NCBI GenBank assembly: GCA_963778115.1
Contig: CAVZSV010000004.1
Coordinates: forward strand, 194,607 to 258,606
Reading direction: 5' to 3'
Length of the DNA: 64,000 bases
DNA from: an uncultured delta proteobacterium
GTDB taxonomy: Bacteria; Bdellovibrionota; FAC87; UBA2466
Both the position numbers and the translations under genes were made by a program. Below the pieces are notes generated by a model. It was not told the DNA's origin. It worked only from the letters and a program-made list of their open reading frames with translations, and did not search any database. Positions 18,473 through 28,136 of the stretch are shown here, piece by piece (position 1 is the first letter of the stretch; each line of letters starts with the position of its first letter).

Positions 18473-18952
18473 TTACCTGAGGATGCTCTGCAGATGAGAA
18501 AGGCAGCCCTTCCATCCCCATTCGTGGTCCTCTTTGGCTTCTTTCGAAGGAAAACCTGAGTGAATCAGGCATAACTGCGTATTTTCTGATTTTGCTTCGA
18601 ACGTCACTTCGACTTTCGTCTCACCCAGCAAAGGCTCCTTTGGCCACGTCCAAGAAAAACTCAATGCGCAAAAAGGTTCGACCTTAAGATAACTACCCTC
18701 GACAATAAAACGCGTTCTTGAATCGTTGGTCATCTCGATGCGGTATCGGCCGCCGACCCGCAAATCGATCTTAGCCCGATCGATAGTCCAGCCCTCACGC
18801 GGATGGAACCATAATTTAATCACTTCAGCTTGGGTCCAAGCCTCATAGAGTTCACTCACGTGATACGCAAAGGTCTGGCGCAGGATCAAAGTGGTTTTAT
18901 CATTCGCAGCGACCGTGTCGCCGTTTTGAAGTTGGACTGCTTCGACGTCCAT
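18473..18952 (-). CDS. SRPBCC/AHSA1 domain protein
   Basis: AWT......W; DLRVGGRYRIEM; H..GW...L..L. Confidence 0.9.
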   Translation of the reverse strand: MDVEAVQLQNGDTVAANDKTTLILRQTFAYHVSELYEAWTQAEVIKLWFHPREGWTIDRAKIDLRVGGRYRIEMTNDSRTRFIVEGSYLKVEPFCALSFSWTWPKEPLLGETKVEVTFEAKSENTQLCLIHSGFPSKEAKEDHEWGWKGCLSHLQSILR

Positions 18953-18978
18953 GAGACCTCAAGTCGAAATAAACCTTT

Positions 18979-19557
18979 CTAAAACTTAATCTCAATACCG
19001 CTCAAAAAGAGGAAGGATTCGTTTTGAACGGTTCCTAATCCTGAGTTACCAACGACATCAAATAATCCGGCGGCTAGTCTGGCAGTAAAATAAAAACGTA
19101 ACCCCTTGGTGATATCCCATTCAGCACCTCCACCCAGATGGAAGACAATGTCAAAAGGGCTCGTTCCCGAATAACGATTCACCGCAAACGAAGGTGCCGG
19201 GCCTGTAAAAATAATGGGACTGAAATGGCTCGAACCGAATTTAATGACGATCAGGACGGGAAATTCCACGACATCGTAGGGATATACCGTATTCGCCCCA
19301 TTCAATGACCAGACAAATCCACCGGGACGGTAATTCACTTCGAATCTAAAAAACAGAGCGTCACTTAACCCATCGTCGAAAAAGAGTCCCGCCATCGCCA
19401 CAGGCCTCGGGTTTTGGGAGGTTCCCCCGGGAGGCAAGGTCGAAGTATTCGCTAAGGAGAGTCCCCCTTGAATTCCTAGCCAGTTACTCGAATAAGCAAA
19501 CGAACGTTGCGCCAATAAAAGAAGGGATACCATGAAAATGACGCGCAGCCGTTGCAT
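18979..19557 (-). CDS. Outer membrane beta-barrel protein
   Basis: Signal peptide, alternating beta strands, C-terminal F. Confidence 0.75.
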   Translation of the reverse strand: MQRLRVIFMVSLLLLAQRSFAYSSNWLGIQGGLSLANTSTLPPGGTSQNPRPVAMAGLFFDDGLSDALFFRFEVNYRPGGFVWSLNGANTVYPYDVVEFPVLIVIKFGSSHFSPIIFTGPAPSFAVNRYSGTSPFDIVFHLGGGAEWDITKGLRFYFTARLAAGLFDVVGNSGLGTVQNESFLFLSGIEIKF

Positions 19558-19679
19558 GGGGTTTCCTCTATTTGTGATTAATTATAAAATTACCAATAAC
19601 TAGATTCTACTACGGTAACATTAAAGCCGTGAACTTCACATTGACTCGAAGAAAGCCCCTTTGAAACAGGAGAAACGCG

Positions 19680-20030
19680 ATGCGTAAATTCACAAGCCCT
19701 AACTCTCAGATGCGAATCGTCTGGATAATGCTCTGGTCGATGCCGTTAGCGGCCGCCACTCCTATCTGTGTTCGAAATTATGGTGACGTTGCTTGTCAGC
19801 AACTGCCCCAAGGATACGGTTACGTGCTGCCCCTAGATCCCAATAGCAGCAATAAGATCTGCGCACGACTCTATGACGCCTTTTACTGCACGGAGGCGTC
19901 TAAAGACTACGAAGAGGTCGCAACCGTTTCCGGGGAGGCCGCTTGCGTGCTCAACGACAATCAGCCCCCCGTAGCCAATCTTTGCGAATCAACCCCCGAC
20001 GACTTTGCTTACATTAGGGCTCAACCCTAG
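19680..20030 (+). CDS. Small Cys-rich secreted hypothetical protein
   Basis: AGGAG RBS; three C-x(8-11)-C units. Confidence 0.65.
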   Translation: MRKFTSPNSQMRIVWIMLWSMPLAAATPICVRNYGDVACQQLPQGYGYVLPLDPNSSNKICARLYDAFYCTEASKDYEEVATVSGEAACVLNDNQPPVANLCESTPDDFAYIRAQP

Positions 20031-20035
20031 CGGCT

Positions 20036-20611
20036 TTAAAAACTGAAGGTCACACCCACATTGGGTAAGAACACGAAAGTCGAGCCGATGATTCCTAGCT
20101 TCGGCTCGACGTAAAAAGAGGTCTGCCTGTCTAACTCAAATTCGATTCCGGGACGCGCTAGCCCCATAAAATCGATTTCCGATGCCGAACCATAAAAGGC
20201 AAGACTCCCGATGGTGACACTAATTCCCACTGAAGCCCCAAAATAGGGCGTGACGTTGCTGCCTGAGATTCGCACTCGGTAGTACAGTGTCGGCAGGATG
20301 GGAATCGAACTGATACTAACCCCACCGCTACTCCAGTGATAAAAGCCAGACTCAAGCCCCACATAGAGCGCAAGATTCGCTTTGAGGCGAAACACGAGGC
20401 TCGTAGAAGCTCCAACGCCCGCGACCCCCTCAAGAAGCCCAAAGGAGGGACCCACCGAAAAGCGTGCGTTGTGATCGTCTCCCGAATATCCGGGTTCCTC
20501 TGGTGCTTTGATCACGGGCAAAGGCTTATAGTCTTGCGCAAAAGCTCCCATACCTAGACAGAGAATTAAAATAGCAGCCGGTCTTTTCGTCATCATCATC
20601 TTCATCAACAT
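20036..20611 (-). CDS. Outer membrane beta-barrel protein
   Basis: AAGGAG RBS before 20611; TPYFGASVG; C-terminal VTFSF. Confidence 0.75.
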   Translation of the reverse strand: MLMKMMMTKRPAAILILCLGMGAFAQDYKPLPVIKAPEEPGYSGDDHNARFSVGPSFGLLEGVAGVGASTSLVFRLKANLALYVGLESGFYHWSSGGVSISSIPILPTLYYRVRISGSNVTPYFGASVGISVTIGSLAFYGSASEIDFMGLARPGIEFELDRQTSFYVEPKLGIIGSTFVFLPNVGVTFSF

Positions 20612-20728
20612 CACAACGTACTCCTTGGTTTGGATGCCTCTCTTTAACTCGGTTCTGCTTTCTTTGCCAGCCGATTGACGATATCCCCCTGCGTGGTCAT
20701 ACTCTTCAGCCAAACGAGGGGAAAACTT

Positions 20729-21658
20729 ATGAAAAAGAAATTATTTGTCCTTTGGACCGTTCCGCTGCTACTCGCAGGTTGTGGGGGCAGCAATCTGCCA
20801 GACCTTAATGATGCGCAAAAAGCGCAGTTCAAGAACACTATCGGATCCCTAGTAGCCGTTCCTACGGCAGTCTCGAATCTAAAGAGCCCTGCAACCGCGG
20901 TGAGCGCGCCAACTCCTGCCCCTGGATTTAGCCAACGTAAGACGGATTCTTATCCCAATGTTGGCTCAGGCGACTTGCAATCAAGGCTTTCTCCCTATGT
21001 GGAAAATAAGACGTGTGACGTCGAGGTTACCGTTCCGGATTTTAGTAGTTTTTCCTCGGGAATGCCTAGCGTCTCTCAGCTCAGAGCTTTTCAACTAACC
21101 ATGAATGTGAGCGGTTCGGGTTGCCCCATCACCATGGACTTAGAGCTACATACGAATGCCAGTTCGGCGCAGCAGTTTTCAGGTTCGTTTACGTGGAGCT
21201 ACGCCGCCGCCTCTTACTTTGTGACGGCAACAGATATCGATGCCGTAAATTGGAAAGGAAATTTTTCTGGAGGCATCAGTGGTTCTTCGGGGAACATTCA
21301 ATTTAATTCCAGTGGAACCGCGCACTCGGGAACCGATGGAGAGATTGGGATCTATGCCAATTTAAACGCTTCCGGATCTCAGGGAAGCGGTCAAGCGACT
21401 GGAAAGTTCGGAATCAAGTACGCAAACTTCACCGCTGAAATCGGGGTAAAAGCCGATTCCAATGGGAGCGTCACTTACCAGCTCAATGGAAAAGATATTA
21501 GCCAGCAGGAGCTAGCCCAATATTTCCAGGGCCTAGGGCCTTCGGGTGTCAGTGGCAGTGGATCTAGCCCGGTAACTCCGCCCCCCATTCCGGGACTTGG
21601 CGGACCCAATGTTTTAAATCCCCAAGAAACGCTAAAACATCTGCGATCGCTATCGTAA
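20729..21658 (+). CDS. Hypothetical lipoprotein
   Basis: GAGGGG RBS; LAGC lipobox. Confidence 0.8.
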   Translation: MKKKLFVLWTVPLLLAGCGGSNLPDLNDAQKAQFKNTIGSLVAVPTAVSNLKSPATAVSAPTPAPGFSQRKTDSYPNVGSGDLQSRLSPYVENKTCDVEVTVPDFSSFSSGMPSVSQLRAFQLTMNVSGSGCPITMDLELHTNASSAQQFSGSFTWSYAAASYFVTATDIDAVNWKGNFSGGISGSSGNIQFNSSGTAHSGTDGEIGIYANLNASGSQGSGQATGKFGIKYANFTAEIGVKADSNGSVTYQLNGKDISQQELAQYFQGLGPSGVSGSGSSPVTPPPIPGLGGPNVLNPQETLKHLRSLS

Positions 21659-21681
21659 TAAGACCTCCGTTTTCTATAAGC

Positions 21682-21717
21682 TCCCCGCTGTCTGCTAGGC
21701 AGCGGGGAATTTTTTTT
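21682..21717 (+). terminator. Rho-independent terminator
   Basis: TCCCCGCTGTCT-gct-AGGCAGCGGGGA + T tract. Confidence 0.8.
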
Positions 21718-21870
21718 GAGCCTGCCAGAAATCTTCCGCTTTCGGACTATTGCCAACGGTTCCGGATCATGATTAATCCGATCTTGACGTCCCGCACCAG
21801 ATTTCAGGTTATCTGGTTATCGGGTTAGACAAAACGTCATGGGTTAAAAACTTAAGGGTTGGGGGAAATC

Positions 21871-22572
21871 ATGAAATTCATGCCTTTTACGGCACTGATG
21901 GCTATTGTTGCCATCTTTGTCACTAGTCCATTCATTCAAAGCTCAATGGCTTCCACGGTGGCTCCGGAGGGACAGCCGATATCGACACTCACCTCAGGCT
22001 CCATTTCGGTGCCCGTCTATCCCACGGTGAATCTCACCTTGGATGGAACGACCGAAGCAGTGCCGCTTTACCTAACGGGAGACGGGATTCGAGTAAAGAC
22101 CGTGCTCTTTAACTTCGACGTCTATACTTTGGTCAGCTATATCTCGACCAATCCCACGACGATCGATCCGACACAGTCTTCCGACAAGATTCTAGATGCG
22201 GTAAGGGCCGCTCCGACCAAGCTTTTACAGCTGGAGATGCTGACCGATTTGCAGGCCTCCGATATTCGCAATGCCTTTAGAGATGCCCTTAGAGACAATA
22301 ACGTGAGCGTCACGACCGATCCCATCGCGGGACTGCTCAAACAAATTAACTTCCCGTTTCCCACAGGAATGAAAATCAACATCGTCTCTTACACAAAACC
22401 GGACGGAACTCAGATAGTACAAGTAGAGATTCCCAATCAGCCGACTCTCTCGGCGCAAGGGCCGACTCTCTCTAATGACTTCTGGAAAGTTTGGTTTGCA
22501 ACTCCGGACGATTCGAATTTAGCGACTCTGCAAACTCAATTGCTTAATCAAATCGTAAAAACGGAGGAATAG
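21871..22572 (+). CDS. Chalcone isomerase-like secreted protein (divergent)
   Basis: L.LTG.GIRVK.VLF..DVY; IR.AF.DAL..N; FWKVWF..P.D. Confidence 0.75.
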   Translation: MKFMPFTALMAIVAIFVTSPFIQSSMASTVAPEGQPISTLTSGSISVPVYPTVNLTLDGTTEAVPLYLTGDGIRVKTVLFNFDVYTLVSYISTNPTTIDPTQSSDKILDAVRAAPTKLLQLEMLTDLQASDIRNAFRDALRDNNVSVTTDPIAGLLKQINFPFPTGMKINIVSYTKPDGTQIVQVEIPNQPTLSAQGPTLSNDFWKVWFATPDDSNLATLQTQLLNQIVKTEE

Positions 22573-23352
22573 ATGAAAAGGGGATTACCACTTTTCGGAT
22601 TGGGTCTAGCGTGTGCCTTGTTGTCTAGTTGCGGAATCGAAGACGCGACCAAACAAACTCTGGCGCAGGTTCAGCAAAGCAACCTAACTCAATCGGCCAT
22701 CTTGCTCGCGGCTCACCGTCAAACGTTGAACACCGCTTACACGAACATGTTGAGTCCGGATAACACGCTATTCTTAAATCCACCGACACAGATGATGCCA
22801 TTCGCGCAGACGTTCGCCGATGAAGCGACGGCTGATGAATTGGTGCAAGTGGAGTACGTGCTGCTAAACACCGTGCAACTTCCGGCGCAAGGAACGGAAA
22901 CGGCTGCTCAAACGCAAGATCGCATGGTCAGTTTTGCGGCATTCACGACACTCGCGGGACTTACGCAAAAGCCAAAATTCGATGCACTATTATCCCAGCA
23001 GGTCGAACAGGGGGGGCGCTATTACGATACCGTGAGTAGCATGGCGGCGGCCCGTTACTCTTTCATCTTGAATGTCCTTTTTACCCCCCTGGTAGAGAGA
23101 AGCACCACACTCACCGTGGGGAGCTTGCAAGAGGCCGTTACCCGCTTCAACGCGATGAGAGCGTTGGTGTACCTACCGTACGCTTCTCAGATGACGCTGG
23201 TGAATCCCAATACGAAGGGGAAAATTGCCATTGATCCGGTAAGTGCCTTTCGCAATCTTGGCCTTAACGCTATCGATGATTTCCAATCAGGTCTGGACGC
23301 CAAGACTTTCGCGGCAAACCAGGCTTTGTTGAATCAGTTTATTGTGCCTTAG
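22573..23352 (+). CDS. Hypothetical lipoprotein
   Basis: GGAGG RBS; LSSC lipobox; abuts the upstream gene. Confidence 0.8.
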   Translation: MKRGLPLFGLGLACALLSSCGIEDATKQTLAQVQQSNLTQSAILLAAHRQTLNTAYTNMLSPDNTLFLNPPTQMMPFAQTFADEATADELVQVEYVLLNTVQLPAQGTETAAQTQDRMVSFAAFTTLAGLTQKPKFDALLSQQVEQGGRYYDTVSSMAAARYSFILNVLFTPLVERSTTLTVGSLQEAVTRFNAMRALVYLPYASQMTLVNPNTKGKIAIDPVSAFRNLGLNAIDDFQSGLDAKTFAANQALLNQFIVP

Positions 23353-23756
23353 GGAGATAGAGTCATTTGCAGGGATTGAGTGGCGACACCGCATTGGTTG
23401 CCCGTCACAGTAACATTAGGCGTAATTGCGGTTTGGAGGCTGGGGGCCGTCACGGTGACCGAATAGGTTCCCGGGCGCTCTCCGGCCGCCGAAATTTCTA
23501 AAACTCCGTTTACGTCTTGTCCGTCGCTACCTGAGTGAACCTCTTGATAACTTCCGTCCGTTACCGTCACTTGAACCTGGGATAAATTGGTACCGCTTGG
23601 GACAGTCAATTGAATCGCTAATCCGAAAGTGTAAACATCAGCGCAAAGATTATTCGAACCACTTTCGGTGGAGGTAGAACCATCAGATGGTTTTCCACAT
23701 CCCGAAAGTATCGAGACCGAAAGAACTAAAAAAATGGTGAGTAATCCCAAGCGCAT
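23349..23756 (-). CDS. Small lipoprotein (carboxypeptidase-regulatory/Ig-like fold)
   Basis: LSGC lipobox; AGERPGTYSVTVTAP. Confidence 0.75.
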   Translation of the reverse strand: MRLGLLTIFLVLSVSILSGCGKPSDGSTSTESGSNNLCADVYTFGLAIQLTVPSGTNLSQVQVTVTDGSYQEVHSGSDGQDVNGVLEISAAGERPGTYSVTVTAPSLQTAITPNVTVTGNQCGVATQSLQMTLSP

Positions 23757-23944
23757 CTAACCACCTTAATGTGCAATCACTGATCCAAGAATACACGCAG
23801 AGTGTGGAGGCAAAAATTGTCGAAACTTTGGACAGCCAATTTCAAGGAAAAGCTAAGTAGCTAATGTCTTTGAGGGGGAAGCGCCTAGTGGCTAGGCAGC
23901 TTCGGATAGTAATTTAACTATTTGATTTTACTGAGCTTTATTTC

Positions 23945-24072
23945 TAAATCCAAGCAAAAAGCGAAAGGCCAAAAGAAAAAAACGCAAAATCCAAAAGTAA
24001 AGTTTGAGTTCCCCAAGTTTACTTTTGCGGTTTGCGCTTTTTCTTTTGGCCTTAGCTTTATGTTTGGATTTA
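23945..24072. repeat. 128-bp imperfect palindrome built of ~7-bp A-tract units
   Basis: Left TAAATCCAAGCAAAAAGCGAAAGGCCAAAAGAAAAAAACGCAAAATCCAAAAGTAAA pairs with right TTTACTTTTGCGGTTTGCGCTTTTTCTTTTGGCCTTAGCTTTATGTTTGGATTTA. Confidence 0.85.
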
Positions 24073-24155
24073 ATCGGCCTTCGATATCCGCGGTTCTCCC
24101 CCTTTCCTTTTGACAACCCCACCCACACTCGCCAAAGTCCCGTTCCGGAGAACCC

Positions 24156-24842
24156 ATGCCACGTCGACATTCTTTTTGGTTGGACGCACTTCCCATTGTC
24201 TTGACCTACCTTTCCGTCTCCATCGCTTTTGGAATTTCATCACGCGAAGCAGGTCTTACTCTCTTTTCGACAGTCCTTATGTCGTGCATTGTCTACGCCG
24301 GCAGTGCTCAGATGGTAGCGGTGGGACTGCTTGCCGCGGGCGAACCTCTCATGGCGATTGTGGTGACGACGTTTATTCTCAATCTTCGCCACTTGCTTAT
24401 GTCGACGGTATTAAGTCCTAAGGTCCGACACTGGCCCGTTCCCCTGCAGGTTGCCCTTGGAAGTGAACTTACCGATGAAACGTTTTCTCTGCTTAGTACC
24501 CGTTTTTCGACATCTGCTAAGATCCCAAGAAAATACGCTTTTGGAGTCAACCACAGTTCGCATTTGAGTTGGATTTTGGGTTCCCTGATTGGCCACACGA
24601 TGAGCGGATTTATCGTGGACGTGAAAGCTTTCGGTTTGGATTATGCATTAGTTGCCATGCTAATTTCACTCTTGGCCCTTCAGGCGAGAACCCCAAGAAA
24701 ACTAATCGTGGCCGCAACAAGTGGATCGGTAGCCGTCATGGGGACCTTGCTGGGAGTTGCCCACGTTTCCGTTATTTTGGCGACCTTGGCGGCAGCCACC
24801 TTGGGGCTGATGTGGGAGAGACAGTGTCCAGCCATCAAGTAA
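24156..24842 (+). CDS. azlC: AzlC family branched-chain amino acid exporter
   Basis: MS..VYAGSAQ, NLRHLLMS, LTDETF. Confidence 0.92.
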   Translation: MPRRHSFWLDALPIVLTYLSVSIAFGISSREAGLTLFSTVLMSCIVYAGSAQMVAVGLLAAGEPLMAIVVTTFILNLRHLLMSTVLSPKVRHWPVPLQVALGSELTDETFSLLSTRFSTSAKIPRKYAFGVNHSSHLSWILGSLIGHTMSGFIVDVKAFGLDYALVAMLISLLALQARTPRKLIVAATSGSVAVMGTLLGVAHVSVILATLAAATLGLMWERQCPAIK

Positions 24843-25159
24843 TTGTGATGATCGTTCTTATGGGAGCGGTAACTTGGTTTCCCCGTATTTTGCCCTTTTG
24901 GTTATTGAGCAAGAAAACTATTCCCTCTTGGGTAACGCTCTGGTTGTCCTACGTGCCGGCTTCCGTCTTGGCTGCGATGCTGGCCCCTGAACTTTTGGTG
25001 AGATCGCATCGCATCGACGTCGCTCTTTCCAATACCTACCTGTGGTTAGCCCTTCCCACGTTCGCCGTCGGTGCTCTGACCAAGAATATTTTTCTTACCG
25101 TCGTGGTCGGGATGGGAGGTCTAGCCGCCATCCGCTTTTTTTTCGGAGCAGGTTACTAA
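24824..25159 (+). CDS. azlD: AzlD family protein
   Basis: M.AVTW.PR.LP; L.YVP.SVLAAML; GTG start with GGGAG RBS. Confidence 0.88.
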   Translation: MSSHQVIVMIVLMGAVTWFPRILPFWLLSKKTIPSWVTLWLSYVPASVLAAMLAPELLVRSHRIDVALSNTYLWLALPTFAVGALTKNIFLTVVVGMGGLAAIRFFFGAGY

Positions 25160-26536
25160 TCTTAGGAGTTCGGTTTGTTGTACAGAAGTGCAATCGCTAG
25201 GGATAGGATCGTTTCTCCAAAAAAAACCATAGGGACTAATTTTTGAACCTTCCCTCTCTCCGAAACAGACTCCTAGAAAGGGATAAAGCTCCGAAGGAGA
25301 TCGAAAGACCTTTCCCTGGTGCCAGGGAAAAGAAGTTGTGCGAGCCCGAAGTTGGTCGCATTGGGCTAAAGCCCGCCATTCAGGGTTAATGGCTTTGCGA
25401 GACAACAACCAGGGCCTAAGATCCATATAGCTTAGATCCATAAGCCGCACACATAATCCCAGCAAAAGAAGAAACTTTAGAAAAGTAATATTCGACTTTT
25501 CATAGGCCAGGAGAAAGAGAATCGCTAAAGTGGGGGTTAGCGAAATAAAATAGTACTCGTGGCTAAGGGCTTGAGCCCCCGCAGCTCCGGCCACGGGAAT
25601 CATTTGCAGCAACACCACTAGCCATAAAGAAGCCATCATTTGATTTGAGCGAGAGCTTCGTGACACTGCAGCTAACGAAATAAGAACCAAAAGTATCCCG
25701 CCTGGAAAATAACTTTTTAGGAGCAAGAATTTTGAGACCTCTTTCACCTGCGAAAAATACTGCCACAGGCCTGCAAAGAAAGGCCGCCGCTCCAAGAAAT
25801 AGAGATTGGGCATCTGCTGAAAGTGGTGAATGTAGTTAAGCCCTTTTGTGTAATAGCACAGCGCTACGGCAAACGCGGGAATGGACCACAGAGCAGCTCG
25901 AGTAACCGCCTTGTTGGGTTCAGGAGCCAGAAGAATCAGAGGCACCACAGAGATTGAAGTCGGTTTCATCAGACAACCCAAAGTGGCCAGACAGAAGGGA
26001 AGCAATTTTCGCGGGCCGTCCCAGCTAAGTCCGACAGCCATTAAGACTAACAACATCGAGGCGTAATCGGGCATGAATTTTCCTACCCAGTCTCCCCCCA
26101 AGGAGAGAATAGGAACGAAACACATCACTTTTTCCAAAGAGACCGTGCCCCACTGCCTTGCCTTCCAAATACGAATGTTTATCAGGGTGAGAAGCAGACA
26201 AACCCCAAGCCATAGGAGTCTTGCCACTACCCTTCCTCGAGAGACACCCCAAGCGAATGCAGGGGCGGTAACCACATTCAGCAGAGGAAATTCCATCCCC
26301 ATCACTCCGCTCGTATCGCCGCTTTCAAGAACGGCAGGAAGCCAATGGTTGGCGGGAGGCTCGACGGTCCATCGGTTCCAGTAGCGTAGAGCGACTCCCA
26401 TCGTAATGGTTTGACGCCAGATTTCGGGAAGTGCGAAAGGCAAAGTGGTGTGTACGGCCATGACCAAAAAGCGCAGAGCTAAGAGCCAAAAGAGGAGTCT
26501 CTGCGGTAGGGTCTGGGGTAGCTTGGGCAAACGCAT
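25121..26536 (-). CDS. ArnT/GT39-like membrane glycosyltransferase
   Basis: WRQT.T; MEFP; FMPD; multiple TM helices. Confidence 0.7.
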   Translation of the reverse strand: MRLPKLPQTLPQRLLFWLLALRFLVMAVHTTLPFALPEIWRQTITMGVALRYWNRWTVEPPANHWLPAVLESGDTSGVMGMEFPLLNVVTAPAFAWGVSRGRVVARLLWLGVCLLLTLINIRIWKARQWGTVSLEKVMCFVPILSLGGDWVGKFMPDYASMLLVLMAVGLSWDGPRKLLPFCLATLGCLMKPTSISVVPLILLAPEPNKAVTRAALWSIPAFAVALCYYTKGLNYIHHFQQMPNLYFLERRPFFAGLWQYFSQVKEVSKFLLLKSYFPGGILLVLISLAAVSRSSRSNQMMASLWLVVLLQMIPVAGAAGAQALSHEYYFISLTPTLAILFLLAYEKSNITFLKFLLLLGLCVRLMDLSYMDLRPWLLSRKAINPEWRALAQCDQLRARTTSFPWHQGKVFRSPSELYPFLGVCFGEREGSKISPYGFFWRNDPIPSDCTSVQQTELLRLVTCSEKKADGG

Positions 26537-26720
26537 ACTTTGATCTAATGAAGCAAACCCCTTTTGAAAAGCCCGAAGATGCCTACGCTAAACTTAAATT
26601 GAGCTTAATAATCGAAGACTTACAACTCATCCTTCAACTACTTTCTGGATTTTTTAATGCTATTCGGGTAGTGGTATGGCTTCTTATTTTTTGGCAAATC
26701 GAGACGGGGATTAGGCGGTC

Positions 26721-28136
26721 GTGGTAGCCAGTCTTTTTAAACGCGCGTTTTTCATTTTCTTAGGGGCTTTAGCGCTACCGGCTTATGCGGACAAACCCAC
26801 GATCCGCGCCACGGTTTCACTACAGAGTCCCGATTTTGTACTGACCCAGCTTTTCGATCTGACCCCCGAAGACGCCACCCGCATGCTGAACCATTTAGAT
26901 GAGACGGTCACTCTGGAAACCCTTCGGGCCATCGAAGATAGATTCAACGCTCAATATTCCACAGGCGCTCTTTGCTTTTGGCGCGGGGAGATCCTGCGCT
27001 GGCTTTGCAAACGCAATCCGCCTCTGGCCTTTCTACGAAGCATTCTCGAAAACGAACCCGACAATCAAGTCGCACTCATCGCAGCGGCCGCCACCAATGG
27101 GGAGGAGTGGCCCGACGATGAGACCCAGTCCTATCTCCTGCATGCTTTTTCCGACGGTACAGGCCTTGCTTCGACCGAAAAGATTCCCGTGCGAACCGCC
27201 CTGGCTCCCACCATGGGCAGATTGCTGACGCTCTCTTCTCGGGACCAGAAACGGCAACTGACTGAAGCACTTCTCCGCCAATTGCATTCCGGCCTTAGAG
27301 GTCTGTCCCAAAGTTCCATGGATGCGCTAATCACGGGCGGGGTCTTTTCCCGGGATCTGAGAAAGAAGCTTCTGCTAGAATTGACCCCGCAAAATTCGGA
27401 CAGCTTTGCCAAAGCGGCCATTCTCTCCGGCTTGGCTTCTACGGTGACTCGAAGTAGCGATGATCTCGAGCAGAGGGTTGATCATCTTATTGCGCAAGAG
27501 CCTGACCCCTTAGTGATCCTAAAGGCCTGTCGCCTGTCTGTCATCTTAGGACATGAACAGAGTGTGGCGATTTCGACGATCGCAGCCCTCTCTCGCCACC
27601 GCGACACCCCTCACGTGGATGGCGATTTCAAACAAGAAATTGTGATGACGCTTTTGGAATATGGAACGAAACACCCGGTGGCATGGATAGCGCTGCAGCA
27701 CATGGTCCATCAAGGTTTTCTAGATATCGATACCGAAGGTAAGGTGGCCCTTCACCTGCTAGTCGAGCATGGCAATACCGCCCCTTTCCTCGTGGCGCCT
27801 GCGATTGAATACCTGGACCGAAAAAAAATGATCCTTGGCGCCGCAGATACTCTCGACGATGCTATCTACGCCGTAGCGGCAAGACATTCCCAAGTCCTTG
27901 TGGATTCGCTTTTGGCTCTTTACCCCCGACTCAGTCCCGAAGGAAGGATTTACCTTCAGCGCAGAATCTCTGCTATCTCTCCTCAGCAAGGGATACCTTT
28001 TCTTCTGGCCTCGAACGACCCCTGTGCGGCTCCCATCCTTGATTACGATCTTCCACCCTTACCAGCCGAAATACAGAGCTGTATTGAATCTGCGATCGCA
28101 AGGTGGACGAGCGAGCATTCTCATTCCGCTCGTTGA
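26721..28136 (+). CDS. Hypothetical secreted helical-repeat (HEAT-like) protein
   Basis: Signal peptide ending AYA; Leu/Ala-rich amphipathic helices. Confidence 0.65.
   Translation: MVASLFKRAFFIFLGALALPAYADKPTIRATVSLQSPDFVLTQLFDLTPEDATRMLNHLDETVTLETLRAIEDRFNAQYSTGALCFWRGEILRWLCKRNPPLAFLRSILENEPDNQVALIAAAATNGEEWPDDETQSYLLHAFSDGTGLASTEKIPVRTALAPTMGRLLTLSSRDQKRQLTEALLRQLHSGLRGLSQSSMDALITGGVFSRDLRKKLLLELTPQNSDSFAKAAILSGLASTVTRSSDDLEQRVDHLIAQEPDPLVILKACRLSVILGHEQSVAISTIAALSRHRDTPHVDGDFKQEIVMTLLEYGTKHPVAWIALQHMVHQGFLDIDTEGKVALHLLVEHGNTAPFLVAPAIEYLDRKKMILGAADTLDDAIYAVAARHSQVLVDSLLALYPRLSPEGRIYLQRRISAISPQQGIPFLLASNDPCAAPILDYDLPPLPAEIQSCIESAIARWTSEHSHSAR

Noticed and set aside
23918-24204. Several short Lys/Phe-rich ORFs
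   Set aside because: Artefacts of the low-complexity palindrome; no RBS or domain features.
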